Source: Spirochaetota bacterium
Lineage (GTDB): Bacteria; Spirochaetota; Spirochaetia; Treponematales; Rectinemataceae
Length of the DNA stretch: 62,017 bases
Direction of reading: 5' to 3'
Assembly (NCBI GenBank): GCA_037130415.1
Contig: JBAXTA010000001.1
Span: 1 to 62,017, forward strand
The notes beneath the pieces are model-generated. The model ran no database searches. It worked only from the letters and a program-made list of their open reading frames with translations, and had not been told where the DNA came from. Shown here piece by piece: positions 16,797-26,729 of the stretch. A program made the translations under genes and the position numbers. The stretch's first letter is position 1; each line of letters starts with the position of its first letter.

Positions 16797-18155
16797 CTAT
16801 TCCTCTCCCTCGATGTACTCCAGGAAGGCTGTCACGCGTTCGTGGACAAAGAAATCCCGCGGATGGGGCCGCGATCGCAGCAGCAGTCCGTCCAACCGCG
16901 TGACGCGCGATATCGCGACATAGGCCTGCCCTGCGGCGAAAGCGCCCTGGGAGAGGTCCACGAAGACCTTTTCGAGGGTGCGGCCCTGGGCGCGGTGGAT
17001 GGTTACTGCCCAGCCGGAAAGAAAGGGGAATTGACTGTATTTGTCGGTGACCTCTTCTACGAGCTGGCCTGAGCGCAGCACAAAGCGGACCTTTTTCCAG
17101 ACATGGGGTCCGACAGTGAAATCGCCCTTTTCGTCGCGCAGCGTCACGCTGTCTTCCCCAAGGCCGATCACCGTTGCCAGGCCGCCGTTCAGCCAGCGGC
17201 GATCGGGATCGTTGACCGTGAGGACAACGCGGGCGCCCACCTTCAGTTCCAGCTGGCGGGGGGAGGGGAGTTCCTCGTCATCGAGTTCCCTCGCGAAGTG
17301 GCCGACGGCGACTGCGGTGTAGGTTTTCGAAGGACCTGGCAGGGCCTCGAAGCGTACCCGGTTCACGCGCCTGGCCTCGTTCTTTCTAGTTGTGAGGACC
17401 AGGTAGTCGGGAGGCGGCTCCTTGCCCTTGGGGAGGATGCGCGGGTCGAAGAGTCCGAGGTCGGTCCCGGTCACCGTTCCTGAACGGCAGAGGTCGAGGA
17501 TGGCCAGGAAGTCCGACTCGCTCTGGCGGAATACCCTCGTGAACTCGATGCGCCTGATCTTCCGGGCCCTTTTTCTGATTACAAGGGAGGAAAAGAAGAA
17601 GGGGCTCTTGTAGCGCTGCTCGAAGAGGTAGCCGGCGTCGCTGTCAGGGTCGGGCGAGACGGGGGGGAGCTGATAGGGATCTCCGAAGAGGATGAGGCGA
17701 GCTCCACCAAAGGGGCTGCGGGGCCTGTCCTTGGCCTTGCGCATGCGCCTGTCCATCTCGTCGAGGAGGTCGGCGCGCACCATGGATATTTCGTCGATGA
17801 CGAGGAGTTCGACAGAGGCCAGAAGTGGGTAGAGGCCTCGCTCCTTGTCCGGGGCGAGGCGGGTCTCCATGTGGGCTTCCTCGCCGGGGTTGATCCAGAA
17901 GAAGCTGTGGATGGTCTGTCCCCCGATTGTGAGGGCAGCGACTCCTGTCGGGGCGAGGTAGACGGCGTTTTTCGGCTTGAGTTCGGTCTTGAGGTAGTGG
18001 AGGAAGGTCGACTTCCCGGTACCGGCGCGGCCGGAGATCCAGACGAGACGCTCCTCCCGGTCCTCCAGCAGTGCGATCGCGTCTTTCATCTCGTCTGTCA
18101 GGACAATGTCTTCCACTATCGCCTCGTGTGACCATGAATGATGGTTCGGCTCCAT
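16797..18155 (-). CDS. Pif1/RecD-like superfamily-1 DNA helicase
   Basis: 452 aa. Walker A GRAGTGKST, Walker B LVIDEISMV. C-terminal motifs (WAVTIHRAQGRTLEKV, AYVAISRVTRLDGL) are typical of the Pif1/RecD2/TraA-like family. Confidence 0.8.
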   Translation of the reverse strand: MEPNHHSWSHEAIVEDIVLTDEMKDAIALLEDREERLVWISGRAGTGKSTFLHYLKTELKPKNAVYLAPTGVAALTIGGQTIHSFFWINPGEEAHMETRLAPDKERGLYPLLASVELLVIDEISMVRADLLDEMDRRMRKAKDRPRSPFGGARLILFGDPYQLPPVSPDPDSDAGYLFEQRYKSPFFFSSLVIRKRARKIRRIEFTRVFRQSESDFLAILDLCRSGTVTGTDLGLFDPRILPKGKEPPPDYLVLTTRKNEARRVNRVRFEALPGPSKTYTAVAVGHFARELDDEELPSPRQLELKVGARVVLTVNDPDRRWLNGGLATVIGLGEDSVTLRDEKGDFTVGPHVWKKVRFVLRSGQLVEEVTDKYSQFPFLSGWAVTIHRAQGRTLEKVFVDLSQGAFAAGQAYVAISRVTRLDGLLLRSRPHPRDFFVHERVTAFLEYIEGEE

Positions 18156-18340
18156 CTCAGGGAAATACCTTCACCTCGCGTCCAAGGGTAGCATGGCAGG
18201 GCAGTACTTGGGTCGGATCAATGGTTGTAACGGACTTTTCCGGGTTCCGCAATGTCGATGGGTCGAGGATTCCGTAAGGTGGACGAGCGAAGCTGCTCCG
18301 CTTCTGTTGCCTTTTTCCTGAATTTCTCCACACTTAAGCC

Positions 18341-21055
18341 ATGGCAGAAGCAATCAAGGCGCGAATCCTCCTCGATCTTGTTGATTCCGGCGAATTCCAG
18401 CGGCTTGCCGCCGCCCTCCACCGGGAGGGACTCGAGGCAGTCGGGCCAATCCGCATGGGCGAGGCCCAGCAGCTGCGATCTCCTCAATGGCTTGATGACG
18501 AGATCCTTGAGTCGGGTTCCGAGTTCGCCCTCGTCGATGCAGATCTGTGGGGAAGCGTCGGCTTTGACATCCGGCATTCGATGCACACCTTTGTTCTTGT
18601 TGTGCTTGTGGATGCCGATGCCGTGGCCCAGGCCGACAGCTTTGTGCGTTCGGGTGCCTTTGATGGCATCCTGCGCGGCGGTGATGGCTGGGAGGCTGGT
18701 GTCGCTTCCTATTTCCATGTGCTGGCAGGACTCTGGAAGCGTTTTTCCGGGACCTTCGGCCATCTCGAGCGCCGCTATGAGGATCTTGTCCATTCCCTCC
18801 CCGACATCGTCTACGAACTCGACGAGGCTGGCCGCTTCACCTTCGTGAACAACTCGATCCGCCTCCTGGGCTACGAACCGCAGGAACTGACGGGACGCCA
18901 TTTCTCCGTCCTACTCGACGAGGAGGACGCGCGCAATGTCGATCGGGACCGCATCCTGGGCTGGTTCAAGGGCGCGAGGACGGGACCCGGCATGAGCCCC
19001 AAGCTCTTCAACGAGCGGCGGACCATCGACCGCAGGACCGAGAATCTCGAGCTCCGCTTCAAGCAGAAGCTGCGGGACGGCAAGAGCGACCTCATCGGCC
19101 AGATAACCTCCTACGGAGAGGTTACGGCAGCCGGAGAGTACCAGGGAGAAGGGGGCTTCGTGGGCACGGTAGGCGTGATCCGCGACATCACGCTCCGCCG
19201 CCGCTCCGAGGACATGCTCCGCAAGCTCTACCAGGCGGTGGACCAGCTCTCGGCGGCGATTCTCATAGTTGATATGGAATTCTCCATCGAGTACGCGAAC
19301 CCGGCCTTCTTCCGCATGACGGGGCAAGAGCCGCAGCAGCTCGTCGGGCGCTCCATCTTTTCCTGCCTGGAGATAGACCAGAAGCGGATCGACGAGGTCT
19401 CCTCGCTGGTGCGCGAGGGCTTCGACGTGCGGGACGAGATGCCCCTCGTGGGTTCCTCCGGCGAACGGCTTTGGACAGCCTGGCACCTTTCCCCCGTACG
19501 CGAGCCCTCGGGGGACGTGTCGCATGCGATCGCCGTCTGCGAGGATATCAGCAACACCCGGGCCATGGCCGATCTCCTCAGGGCTGCGAAGGAGGAGGCC
19601 GAGCGTGCTGACCGCGCCAAGAGCGACTTCCTTGCGTCGATGGGCCACGAGCTCAAGGGGCCCCTGGCGAGCATCCTGGCGGCGGCCCGCCTCATCGAGA
19701 TGGGGGGCAACGACGCGGAGCGCCGCGCCGGCACGGTGATCACGAGTGCCCAGGGATTGCTCGACCTCCTGGGCGACATCCTCGATTTTGTCCGCTTCGA
19801 GACGGGCTCGGCCACCATGCGGCAGCTCACCTTTCCGCTGTCGACCTTCGTGATGAAGACCTGCGAGCCCTGGAAGGTGAAGGCCGAGCGAAAGGGACTC
19901 GAGTTCATCGTCGGTCAGCTTGCCGACTGGAACCTTGTGTCGGATCCCGACCGGCTGGGCCGGGCCCTTTCCGCCCTCCTGTCGAATGCGGTCAATTACT
20001 CCGAACAAGGGATCATTCGCGTCGATGCCCGTGTGGAGCGCAAGGCCGGCAACGTGCCCTACCTCGAGCTGGCCGTCCAGGACTCGGGGCAGGGCATCGC
20101 GCTCGTGGACCAGGCGAGGATCTTCCACGCCTTCGTGCAGCTCGGATCGCCCTTCGAGAAGTCGGCTGGAGGTGCCGGCATCGGCTTGTCGCTGGCCAGG
20201 AACATAGTGCGCGCCCTGGGTGGCGAGATCCGCCTCACAAGCGAAGCGGGCAAGGGCTCGCTTTTCACCATCCTGGTCCCCGCAGGAGAGCTGGAGACGA
20301 TCGACGTAATTCCGACGATCTCGGGTACGGGTCCCCGCGTCTATCGCATCCTGGTGGTTGACGACAACGAGATCAACCGCGATTACATGGCCATACTGCT
20401 CAGCAACGCGGGGCATCGCGTCGATCGGGCGGAAAGCGGAGCCGAGGCGCTCCGGCTCTTCGAGGAGGTGCAGCCCGACGTTGCCGTTCTCGACATCCAG
20501 ATGCCGGGAATGAGCGGCATCGAATTGTGCAGGAAGATCCGCTCCTATCGCGGTGGCCGCTACGACAGTACGCTGCCGATCATCGCCTTGACCGCCTTCG
20601 GACCCGAGGACGTATATCGATCCGAGGTGGATTTTGACCGCGTCTTCACCAAGCCTGCGGATATTCCCGACCTCCTGGCTGCCCTCGACGGTGCCATCGA
20701 GGCCCGCGAGACGGAGGCGTCGCAGTTTTTCATGCGGAGATGGGAGGGGCGTCCGACTGCAGGTGCTGCCTGCCTGGCGAAGGCCGAAGTAGAGCTCCCT
20801 GCCCTGTTCGACCTGCTTTCCGCCGCAGCCCGTGACGGCAACCGCGATGCCATTCGGCAGGCTGCCCAGTCCATCGCCCACCATCTCACGCCGGTTGGTG
20901 CCAGCTCCCTCGTCTCGGCGGTGCACCGCTTCTCACTTGCTGCCTCGCGGGAGAATCCCGACGTCCTGGCCGCCCGAGCAGAGCGTTTGTACCGTCGCTC
21001 GGACGCGGCGCTGGCAGCCGCCAACAACGAACTCAAGGGACTCGAGGACCGCTAG
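18341..21055 (+). CDS. Hybrid sensor histidine kinase / response regulator (degenerate REC-like N-terminus - PAS x2 - HisKA - HATPase_c - REC - HPt-like)
   Basis: 904 aa. PAS regions (DIVYELDEAGRFTFVN.., AILIVDMEFSIEYANPAFFRMTG). H-box SDFLASMGHELKGPL. G-boxes (QDSGQGI, GAGIGLSL). Receiver ILVVDDNEINRDY..LDIQMPGMSG..TKP. C-terminal AHHLTPVGASSL resembles an HPt motif. The exact start is uncertain. Confidence 0.9.
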   Translation: MAEAIKARILLDLVDSGEFQRLAAALHREGLEAVGPIRMGEAQQLRSPQWLDDEILESGSEFALVDADLWGSVGFDIRHSMHTFVLVVLVDADAVAQADSFVRSGAFDGILRGGDGWEAGVASYFHVLAGLWKRFSGTFGHLERRYEDLVHSLPDIVYELDEAGRFTFVNNSIRLLGYEPQELTGRHFSVLLDEEDARNVDRDRILGWFKGARTGPGMSPKLFNERRTIDRRTENLELRFKQKLRDGKSDLIGQITSYGEVTAAGEYQGEGGFVGTVGVIRDITLRRRSEDMLRKLYQAVDQLSAAILIVDMEFSIEYANPAFFRMTGQEPQQLVGRSIFSCLEIDQKRIDEVSSLVREGFDVRDEMPLVGSSGERLWTAWHLSPVREPSGDVSHAIAVCEDISNTRAMADLLRAAKEEAERADRAKSDFLASMGHELKGPLASILAAARLIEMGGNDAERRAGTVITSAQGLLDLLGDILDFVRFETGSATMRQLTFPLSTFVMKTCEPWKVKAERKGLEFIVGQLADWNLVSDPDRLGRALSALLSNAVNYSEQGIIRVDARVERKAGNVPYLELAVQDSGQGIALVDQARIFHAFVQLGSPFEKSAGGAGIGLSLARNIVRALGGEIRLTSEAGKGSLFTILVPAGELETIDVIPTISGTGPRVYRILVVDDNEINRDYMAILLSNAGHRVDRAESGAEALRLFEEVQPDVAVLDIQMPGMSGIELCRKIRSYRGGRYDSTLPIIALTAFGPEDVYRSEVDFDRVFTKPADIPDLLAALDGAIEARETEASQFFMRRWEGRPTAGAACLAKAEVELPALFDLLSAAARDGNRDAIRQAAQSIAHHLTPVGASSLVSAVHRFSLAASRENPDVLAARAERLYRRSDAALAAANNELKGLEDR

Positions 21056-21167
21056 GGGCTATCCGGGGCGCTGTTCACAAGGCCGCGCCGGGCGATATCC
21101 TTCCCCTGCGCGGGGCTCCGCTGCCTGGATGGCGGCTTTTGCTGGACGGCCTGCCGAGGAGCATTCA

Positions 21168-22634
21168 ATGGATTTCATCGAGAAGAAGACCAAGATCATC
21201 GCCACACTGGGACCGGTTTCAGAGAGCCCCGCGATGGTGCGGGACCTCATCCGGGCCGGAGTCAATGTTTTCCGCCTCAATTTCTCCCACAAGAGCGGGG
21301 CCGAGGCTTCGGGCGTCATCGACACGGTCCGTGCTGCCCGCGAGGAACTCGGGGCACCGGTGGCCATCCTCGCTGACATCAAGGGTCCAGCCATCAGGAT
21401 GTATGGCTACCAGGCGCCGATCACCATCGAGGAAGGCACAGTACTGACGATCGAAAGCCGGCCGGCCGAGGGCATCGAGACCCTCCTGTCCTCCGATCCG
21501 CTCCGGGTCTACACCAACCTGCCTCGCATCGATTCGCTCTGTGAAGTCGGCCAACGCGTCCTTCTCATGGATGGCTACTTCGCCGGGGCCGTCTCGGCCC
21601 TCGGCCAGGGCAGCCTCGAGGTGCGGATCGGCAATCCCGGGAAACTCCGGCCCAAGGCCCACCTCACGCTTCCCGGCGTCGACTATCCGATCCCCTTCCT
21701 CTCGGACAAGGACGTCCGCGACATCAGCTACGCAGTCGAGAAGGAGGTCGAATTCATCGCACTTTCCTTCGTCCGCGAGGCTACCGACATCGAGGAGGTG
21801 CGCCGCCTCGTGAGACGATCCCGGACTGCGTCCGGTGCCGAGCCGAGGTCCCTCCTCATCGCCAAGATCGAGAGTGCCAAGGGCCTGGCCAACATCGAGG
21901 AGATCGTGAAGGCCGCCGACGGCATCATGGTCGCGCGCGGCGACATGGGAGTCGAGATCTCGGTGGAGACGGTGCCCCTCGCCCAGAAGCGCATCATCAG
22001 GATCGGTTACCTCGCGTCAAAGCCTGTCATCACGGCAACGCAGATGCTCGAGTCGATGATCGAGAGCCCCATGCCCACGCGGGCCGAGGCCAGCGACGTG
22101 GCCAACGCCTGCTTCGACTCCACGAGCGCGGTGATGCTCTCGGGCGAGACCGCCATCGGGCGCTTTCCCGTGCAGACCGTCGAGACCATGGCGAGGATCG
22201 TGCGCATGGTGGAGGCCGAGTTCGGCTACGAGGCCTTCCACGAGACCATGCCCCACTCCACGCGCTCCGGCGACCTGCCCGACATCGTTTCGTACAACGC
22301 GGTTTCCACAGCCTACCAGTGCGGTGCAAAGGCCCTCGCCGTCCTCACGGAGACCGGCTCGGCTGCCCGCCTCCTGTCGCGGCTCCGGCCGCGCATGCCG
22401 ATCTTCGCCTTTACCCGCGACCGTGTCGTGTACAACCAGCTTTCCATGAACTGGGGAGTGCATCCGGTCTTTGTGCCGAAGGCCTTTGAACGTCTCGATG
22501 AGGCTGTTGCGATCATGATGGAATCGCTTAGGACCGATGCGGGCCTGGTCAAGGGCGACCGCGTCGTCATCGTTGCGGGCCTTCCCCTGTCGACCCACGG
22601 GTCGACGAACATGATCAGGGTGGAGACGCTGTAG
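21168..22634 (+). CDS. pyk: Pyruvate kinase
   Basis: The ORF track extends upstream to 20832, overlapping the kinase gene. ATG 21168 gives MDFIEKKTKIIATLGPVSESP..VNVFRLNFSHK..MVARGDMGVEI, canonical PK motifs. 489 aa. Confidence 0.95.
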   Translation: MDFIEKKTKIIATLGPVSESPAMVRDLIRAGVNVFRLNFSHKSGAEASGVIDTVRAAREELGAPVAILADIKGPAIRMYGYQAPITIEEGTVLTIESRPAEGIETLLSSDPLRVYTNLPRIDSLCEVGQRVLLMDGYFAGAVSALGQGSLEVRIGNPGKLRPKAHLTLPGVDYPIPFLSDKDVRDISYAVEKEVEFIALSFVREATDIEEVRRLVRRSRTASGAEPRSLLIAKIESAKGLANIEEIVKAADGIMVARGDMGVEISVETVPLAQKRIIRIGYLASKPVITATQMLESMIESPMPTRAEASDVANACFDSTSAVMLSGETAIGRFPVQTVETMARIVRMVEAEFGYEAFHETMPHSTRSGDLPDIVSYNAVSTAYQCGAKALAVLTETGSAARLLSRLRPRMPIFAFTRDRVVYNQLSMNWGVHPVFVPKAFERLDEAVAIMMESLRTDAGLVKGDRVVIVAGLPLSTHGSTNMIRVETL

Positions 22635-22637
22635 CGC

Positions 22638-23714
22638 TCATCTTCCGAACTCCAGAACCACCTTTGTGCCACCTTTGCGTTCCACGCGGAGTTCGGCATC
22701 CAGCTGTTTCGCCAGGCCGTGCACGAGGGTGAATCCGAAGCCTGAGGACTGTCCGGCCCCGCCGTGCTGTCCAATTCCCACGCCGTTGTCCCTGACAGAG
22801 AAATGGATCAGGTTGCCGTCGAGGCGGGCCACCACCATGATCTCCCCGGCCTTCCGTCCTTCGAAAGCATATTTCATGGTATTTGTGAGGAGTTCATTGG
22901 CGATGATCCCGAGGATCTGCAGTCTTTTCGCGTCGAGTACGAAGTCGGCGATGTCCTTTTCCACGACCAGGGTCTGCACCCCCGGGAAATTCCCGAGGAC
23001 CGAGTCCACGAGTGCCGACAGGTATTCGCTCACGGAGAGCTCGGATACGTCATTTGACCGGTATAACCTTTCGTAGAGCAGCGCCATGCTGTTGATGCGC
23101 CCAGCGGCATCCTCGAGGACTGATGCCGCCGAGGATTCCGGGGCTTCGTTCGCCTGGAGCGAGAGCATCGCGGCCGCTGCGGCCATGTTGTTCTTGAGGC
23201 GGTGGTGGACCTCCTTGAGGATGAGGTCCTTCTCTGCCAGGAGGGCCTCGATCTTCATCTCGGCATGCTTCAAGTCGGTGATCTCGGTGATCGTATGGAG
23301 TATGAACTTCAGCCTGCGGTTCTGGTCGCGGAGGGGAGAGCAGGAGGCAATGTATTCCTTCCCAAGGGTTTCCATGACAATCTCGCCCGAGGCACTGCGC
23401 CCGAAGTCGACAACCTTGCTGAAGGGACAGCTGGCGGGACAGGTTATGAGATTTGTTCCGTGGAACAGTTCCCAGCATCGCCTGCCCTTGTACTCGCTGG
23501 CAGGGAGATTCGCGAGTTCCTCCATCTTCCTGTTGGCTGCCAGTACGTGATGGCTGGGGTCGAGAAGGAAGGCCGGCAGAGGAAGGCCATTGATGGCTGC
23601 TCTCCAGAAGCGCAGCGAACCCACTCGTGTAGGCAGCATGACCTGCAAGGAGCTCGGCCTTTTGGGCTTGTCGAACGTTTGTGGGGATTTTTGTGTCTTG
23701 CCATCACCAGTCAT
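22638..23714 (-). CDS. PAS-domain sensor histidine kinase (HisKA_2 type), cytoplasmic
   Basis: 358 aa. PAS region with a Cys-rich stretch (RRCWELFHGTNLITCPASCPF). H-box EVHHRLKNNM. ATPase boxes (NELLTNTMKYAF, RDNGVGI, GFGFTLV). No adjacent response regulator. Confidence 0.85.
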   Translation of the reverse strand: MTGDGKTQKSPQTFDKPKRPSSLQVMLPTRVGSLRFWRAAINGLPLPAFLLDPSHHVLAANRKMEELANLPASEYKGRRCWELFHGTNLITCPASCPFSKVVDFGRSASGEIVMETLGKEYIASCSPLRDQNRRLKFILHTITEITDLKHAEMKIEALLAEKDLILKEVHHRLKNNMAAAAAMLSLQANEAPESSAASVLEDAAGRINSMALLYERLYRSNDVSELSVSEYLSALVDSVLGNFPGVQTLVVEKDIADFVLDAKRLQILGIIANELLTNTMKYAFEGRKAGEIMVVARLDGNLIHFSVRDNGVGIGQHGGAGQSSGFGFTLVHGLAKQLDAELRVERKGGTKVVLEFGR

Positions 23715-23878
23715 GCGTGCACCTCGGGCTGGACTATCGATCTAATGCTCTTAAGATAAGAATTGGTCGATTTCGGTGCTATTGCAATAGAAATGTTGCA
23801 GAATCGTCAATAGATTATCGTCTATAAGGACTTATCTCATGATGGTGGTGAGATTTGTATGAACCATGTTGAACTGGT

Positions 23879-24727
23879 TCAGCTCCCCGCGCCGGACCCC
23901 TTCATGCGACGGCTCTTGGCTGCGGCCAGGCGCGCGTACATCGAGGGCCAGTGCCTTGTAAGGAAGATGCCAGCCCTGGCTTCGAAGCTCGGGGCGACGA
24001 TGAGCTGGGGCCTTCCCCTCACTGCAGCCGCCAGGACCTGGCGCGCGACCCGGGCAGGGTCGGCTCCGCCCTCGATGTCGGGATCGGGCCTGCCGCTTGG
24101 CTTGCCGTCGGAACCTAGGGCAGCCTGGGCAAGGGCGGTCCTCACGTAGCCTGGGTAGATTGTCGTAATTGAGATATGTCTGTCGGCGACCTCGCTCCTG
24201 AGCACCGAGCCGAAGCCGGACAGCGCGTGCTTGGCGGCTGCGTAGGCGGAGCGCTGCGGTGCGCCGACGAGGCCTGCAATGCTTGAGACGAGAACCAGGC
24301 CGGAGGGGGTCCTGTCGTCGAAGGAGGGCAGGAGGCGGCGCACGAGGTCGACAGGGGCGTTGAAGTCGAGCTCCATGATGCGGTCGAAGGCCTCTGGCGG
24401 CATGTCCTCGAAGCGGGCACGCTGCGAGACGCCTGCGTTGAGGATCACGAGGGCAAAGCCCCCGGATATGGCGAGGGCCTGCTGGACGGAGGCCCCCCGG
24501 GCTGCCCGGTCAAGGAGGTCGAAGGCGAGGATCTCGTGCCCGCCCTGCATCCCGGCGGCGAGCGATAGCTTGGCGCAGGAAGCCTGGACAGCTCGGAGGG
24601 CTTCGACGTTCCGGCCCGACAAGAGGACGAGGGCGCCCCTCCGTGCGGCCTCCCTCGCAAGCTCGGCGCCGATGCCCGAGGAGGCTCCCGTGATCCAGAC
24701 CCAGCGTTTCGTGATGTCGATCCTCAT
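23879..24727 (-). CDS. SDR-family oxidoreductase
   Basis: ATG at 24727 forms an ATGA overlap with the ygiQ stop. Motifs ITGASSGIGAELA and YAAAKHAL (YxxxK). Confidence 0.85.
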   Translation of the reverse strand: MRIDITKRWVWITGASSGIGAELAREAARRGALVLLSGRNVEALRAVQASCAKLSLAAGMQGGHEILAFDLLDRAARGASVQQALAISGGFALVILNAGVSQRARFEDMPPEAFDRIMELDFNAPVDLVRRLLPSFDDRTPSGLVLVSSIAGLVGAPQRSAYAAAKHALSGFGSVLRSEVADRHISITTIYPGYVRTALAQAALGSDGKPSGRPDPDIEGGADPARVARQVLAAAVRGRPQLIVAPSFEARAGIFLTRHWPSMYARLAAAKSRRMKGSGAGS

Positions 24728-26631
24728 GATGCCTCCACAAGACATTTCCGGGAGTTGCCGATCAAATCAGGCCTCCCTGCCCGGCGCAGGGCTTCCCGCA
24801 CGAGCGTCGCGTTTTCGGGCTTGTTGAACTGGAGGAGGGCTCGCTGTAAAGCGCGTTCATGCTCGCCGCGGGCCACATGGACTTCCTCGCCGCTCATCGG
24901 GTCCCTCCCTGTCCGGTACATCGCGGTGGCCAGGGTTCCGGGTGTCGGGTAGAAGTCCTGGACCTGGTCGGGGACAAAGCCGGTGTCGCGCAGGTATTCC
25001 GCGAGTTCAATAGCCTCGGAAAGGCCCGCGCCGGGGTGGGCCGAGATGAAGTAGGGAATCATGTATTGCCTGAGTCCCATGCGCGCGTTGAGTTCCGCAT
25101 AACGCTTGGTGAAGCTGTCGTACATGGCGCGGCCGGGCTTGCCCATGAGGGCGAGCACGCGGTCGCTCACGTGCTCGGGCGCTATCTTGAGCTGGCCGGA
25201 GACATGGTGTGCTACGATTTCTCCGAAGGCCTCGGTAACCGTGTCGAGGAGGAGATAGTCGTAGCGGATGCCCGAGCGCACAAAGACCTTTTTTACGCCA
25301 GGGACAGCGCGCACGGCTTTGAGGGCCGCCACGAAGTCCCTGTGGTCGGGCCGCAGCCTGGGGCAGGGCTCGGGTGTAAGGCAGCGGCGCTCGGGGCAGG
25401 CACCGGACTTCGCCATCTTGGGGCAGGCTGGCGCCATGAAGTTGGCCGTCGGGCCACCGAGGTCGTGGATGTAGCCTTTGAACTCAGTGTGTTTGACCAG
25501 TTCGCCCGCCTCGCGAACGAGGGACGCTACGCTGCGTGCGGTGACCGTCCTGCCCTGGTGGAGGGCGATCGCACAGAAGGAGCAGCCACCGAAGCAACCC
25601 CGGTTCGACACGAGGGAAAAGGCCACCTCGGAAAGGGCAGGCACGCCTCCGAAGCCCTCGTACATGGGGTGGGGTTTCCGGGAATATCCTAATTCATACA
25701 ATTCATCCAGGGCGGCTCCCGCCAGCGGAGGGGAAGGAGGTTCCTGGATGACAAAGCGGCCTCCGCTTTCCTCCACGAGGCGCTTGCCGCTGCCCGCCTC
25801 CGCGTTCAGGTAGGAGAGGCGGAAGGACTCGTTGAAGGCCGCAAAGCCAGCCTCGTCGGCCTTTGCGGCCGCCTCCCAGGACGGCAGTTCGACGAAGGGG
25901 CTTTCTGACTGCTCGGGCCGCTGCGAGGTCCAGCTACAGGTGCCGCGGATGCCTCGGAGGGCGGCACGGGTGGCAAGCGCGTCGTGCGGGCCAGAGGCGG
26001 CAAGGTCGCGGAGGCGGCCCGCGATCTCGAGGAGGGCCGTTTCGCCCATGCCATGGACGAGGAGTTCTGCCTTCGAGTCGAGGAGTATCGAGCGCCTGAC
26101 GCTGTCAGACCAGTAGTCGTAGTGGGCGAAACGGCGCAGGGAAGCCTCGATTCCACCAATTATGACGGGTACGCCCTTGTAGGCTTCCCTGCAGCGGCCC
26201 GTGTACGCGATGACCGCGCGGTCCGGCCTGGCGTTTTTCCTTCCTTCCTTGCCAGGGCCCAGGCTGCCGTCGCCGCGCAGACAGGTTTCGGGCCTCCCTC
26301 CGGGAGCGTAATCGTCTTCGGAGCGAGGCTTCCTGCTGGCGGTGTAGCTCGAAACCATCGAGTCGAGCGCTCCGGCCGACACGAGCCAGGCCAGGCGTGG
26401 CTTGCCCAGGAGCCGGAAGGCCGCAACGTCGTCCGGGTCCGGCCGCGCAAGGATTCCCACTGAAAAGCCACGCGCCGCGAGTAGCCGGCCAAGGATGGCA
26501 GCTGCAAAGGTCGGATGGTCGACATAGGCGTCGCCGGAGACGAAGATGAAATCGAGGGGGCATTCGCCCGCAGCCAGCGCGAGGCCCTGTTCGCGCGACA
26601 GATCGGCCGGACGGGCGGGGAGGAAGCTCAT
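24724..26631 (-). CDS. ygiQ: YgiQ-family (UPF0313) radical SAM protein
   Basis: 635 aa. N-terminus DFIFVSGDAYVDHPTFAAAILGRLL is typical of YgiQ. Radical-SAM cluster motif CFGGCSFC (CX3CX2C). Confidence 0.85.
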   Translation of the reverse strand: MSFLPARPADLSREQGLALAAGECPLDFIFVSGDAYVDHPTFAAAILGRLLAARGFSVGILARPDPDDVAAFRLLGKPRLAWLVSAGALDSMVSSYTASRKPRSEDDYAPGGRPETCLRGDGSLGPGKEGRKNARPDRAVIAYTGRCREAYKGVPVIIGGIEASLRRFAHYDYWSDSVRRSILLDSKAELLVHGMGETALLEIAGRLRDLAASGPHDALATRAALRGIRGTCSWTSQRPEQSESPFVELPSWEAAAKADEAGFAAFNESFRLSYLNAEAGSGKRLVEESGGRFVIQEPPSPPLAGAALDELYELGYSRKPHPMYEGFGGVPALSEVAFSLVSNRGCFGGCSFCAIALHQGRTVTARSVASLVREAGELVKHTEFKGYIHDLGGPTANFMAPACPKMAKSGACPERRCLTPEPCPRLRPDHRDFVAALKAVRAVPGVKKVFVRSGIRYDYLLLDTVTEAFGEIVAHHVSGQLKIAPEHVSDRVLALMGKPGRAMYDSFTKRYAELNARMGLRQYMIPYFISAHPGAGLSEAIELAEYLRDTGFVPDQVQDFYPTPGTLATAMYRTGRDPMSGEEVHVARGEHERALQRALLQFNKPENATLVREALRRAGRPDLIGNSRKCLVEAS

Positions 26632-26729
26632 GTATTAATTGTAATGAACTCCGGAAAAACTGTCCATCGTGGGTCCGGGGCCGGTCTACAATCCTCGACC
26701 CTTCCACGTACTGCGTATATCATGGTGCG

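Noticed and set aside
16542-16903. Small ORFs 16542-16769, 16655-16903 and 16782-17072
   Set aside because: They lie in a repeat- and hairpin-containing spacer or antisense to the helicase gene. Their translations are Gly/Arg/Pro/Cys-rich and implausible.
18218-18901. 227-aa minus-strand ORF upstream of the Pif1-like helicase
   Set aside because: It overlaps the 5' part of the hybrid kinase, whose plus-strand frame runs continuously into a recognisable PAS domain. It has no RBS and no motif. A small residual doubt remains because the kinase start is not fixed.
18911-20926. 671-aa minus-strand ORF
   Set aside because: It lies entirely antisense to the hybrid histidine kinase, which has unambiguous HisKA/HATPase/REC motifs. 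Its translation is Arg/Gly/Glu/Leu-rich with no recognisable motif. This is a typical shadow ORF of GC-rich DNA.
20832-21167. N-terminal extension of the pyruvate kinase ORF (and similar extensions at 48327-48551, 43491-43793, 33217-33564, 11594-11722, 35204-35401)
   Set aside because: The extensions overlap upstream genes or have Arg/Pro/Ser-rich non-protein-like sequence. Internal ATGs give canonical N-termini or signal peptides, often with an RBS or an ATGA/TAATG coupling.
23715-23878. A/T-rich 164-bp spacer between the SDR gene and the PAS kinase gene, examined for a small RNA or riboswitch
   Set aside because: I saw no convincing stem-loop architecture or known riboswitch core. It is most simply the promoter/leader of the kinase gene, and I could not place a confident -35/-10 pair.
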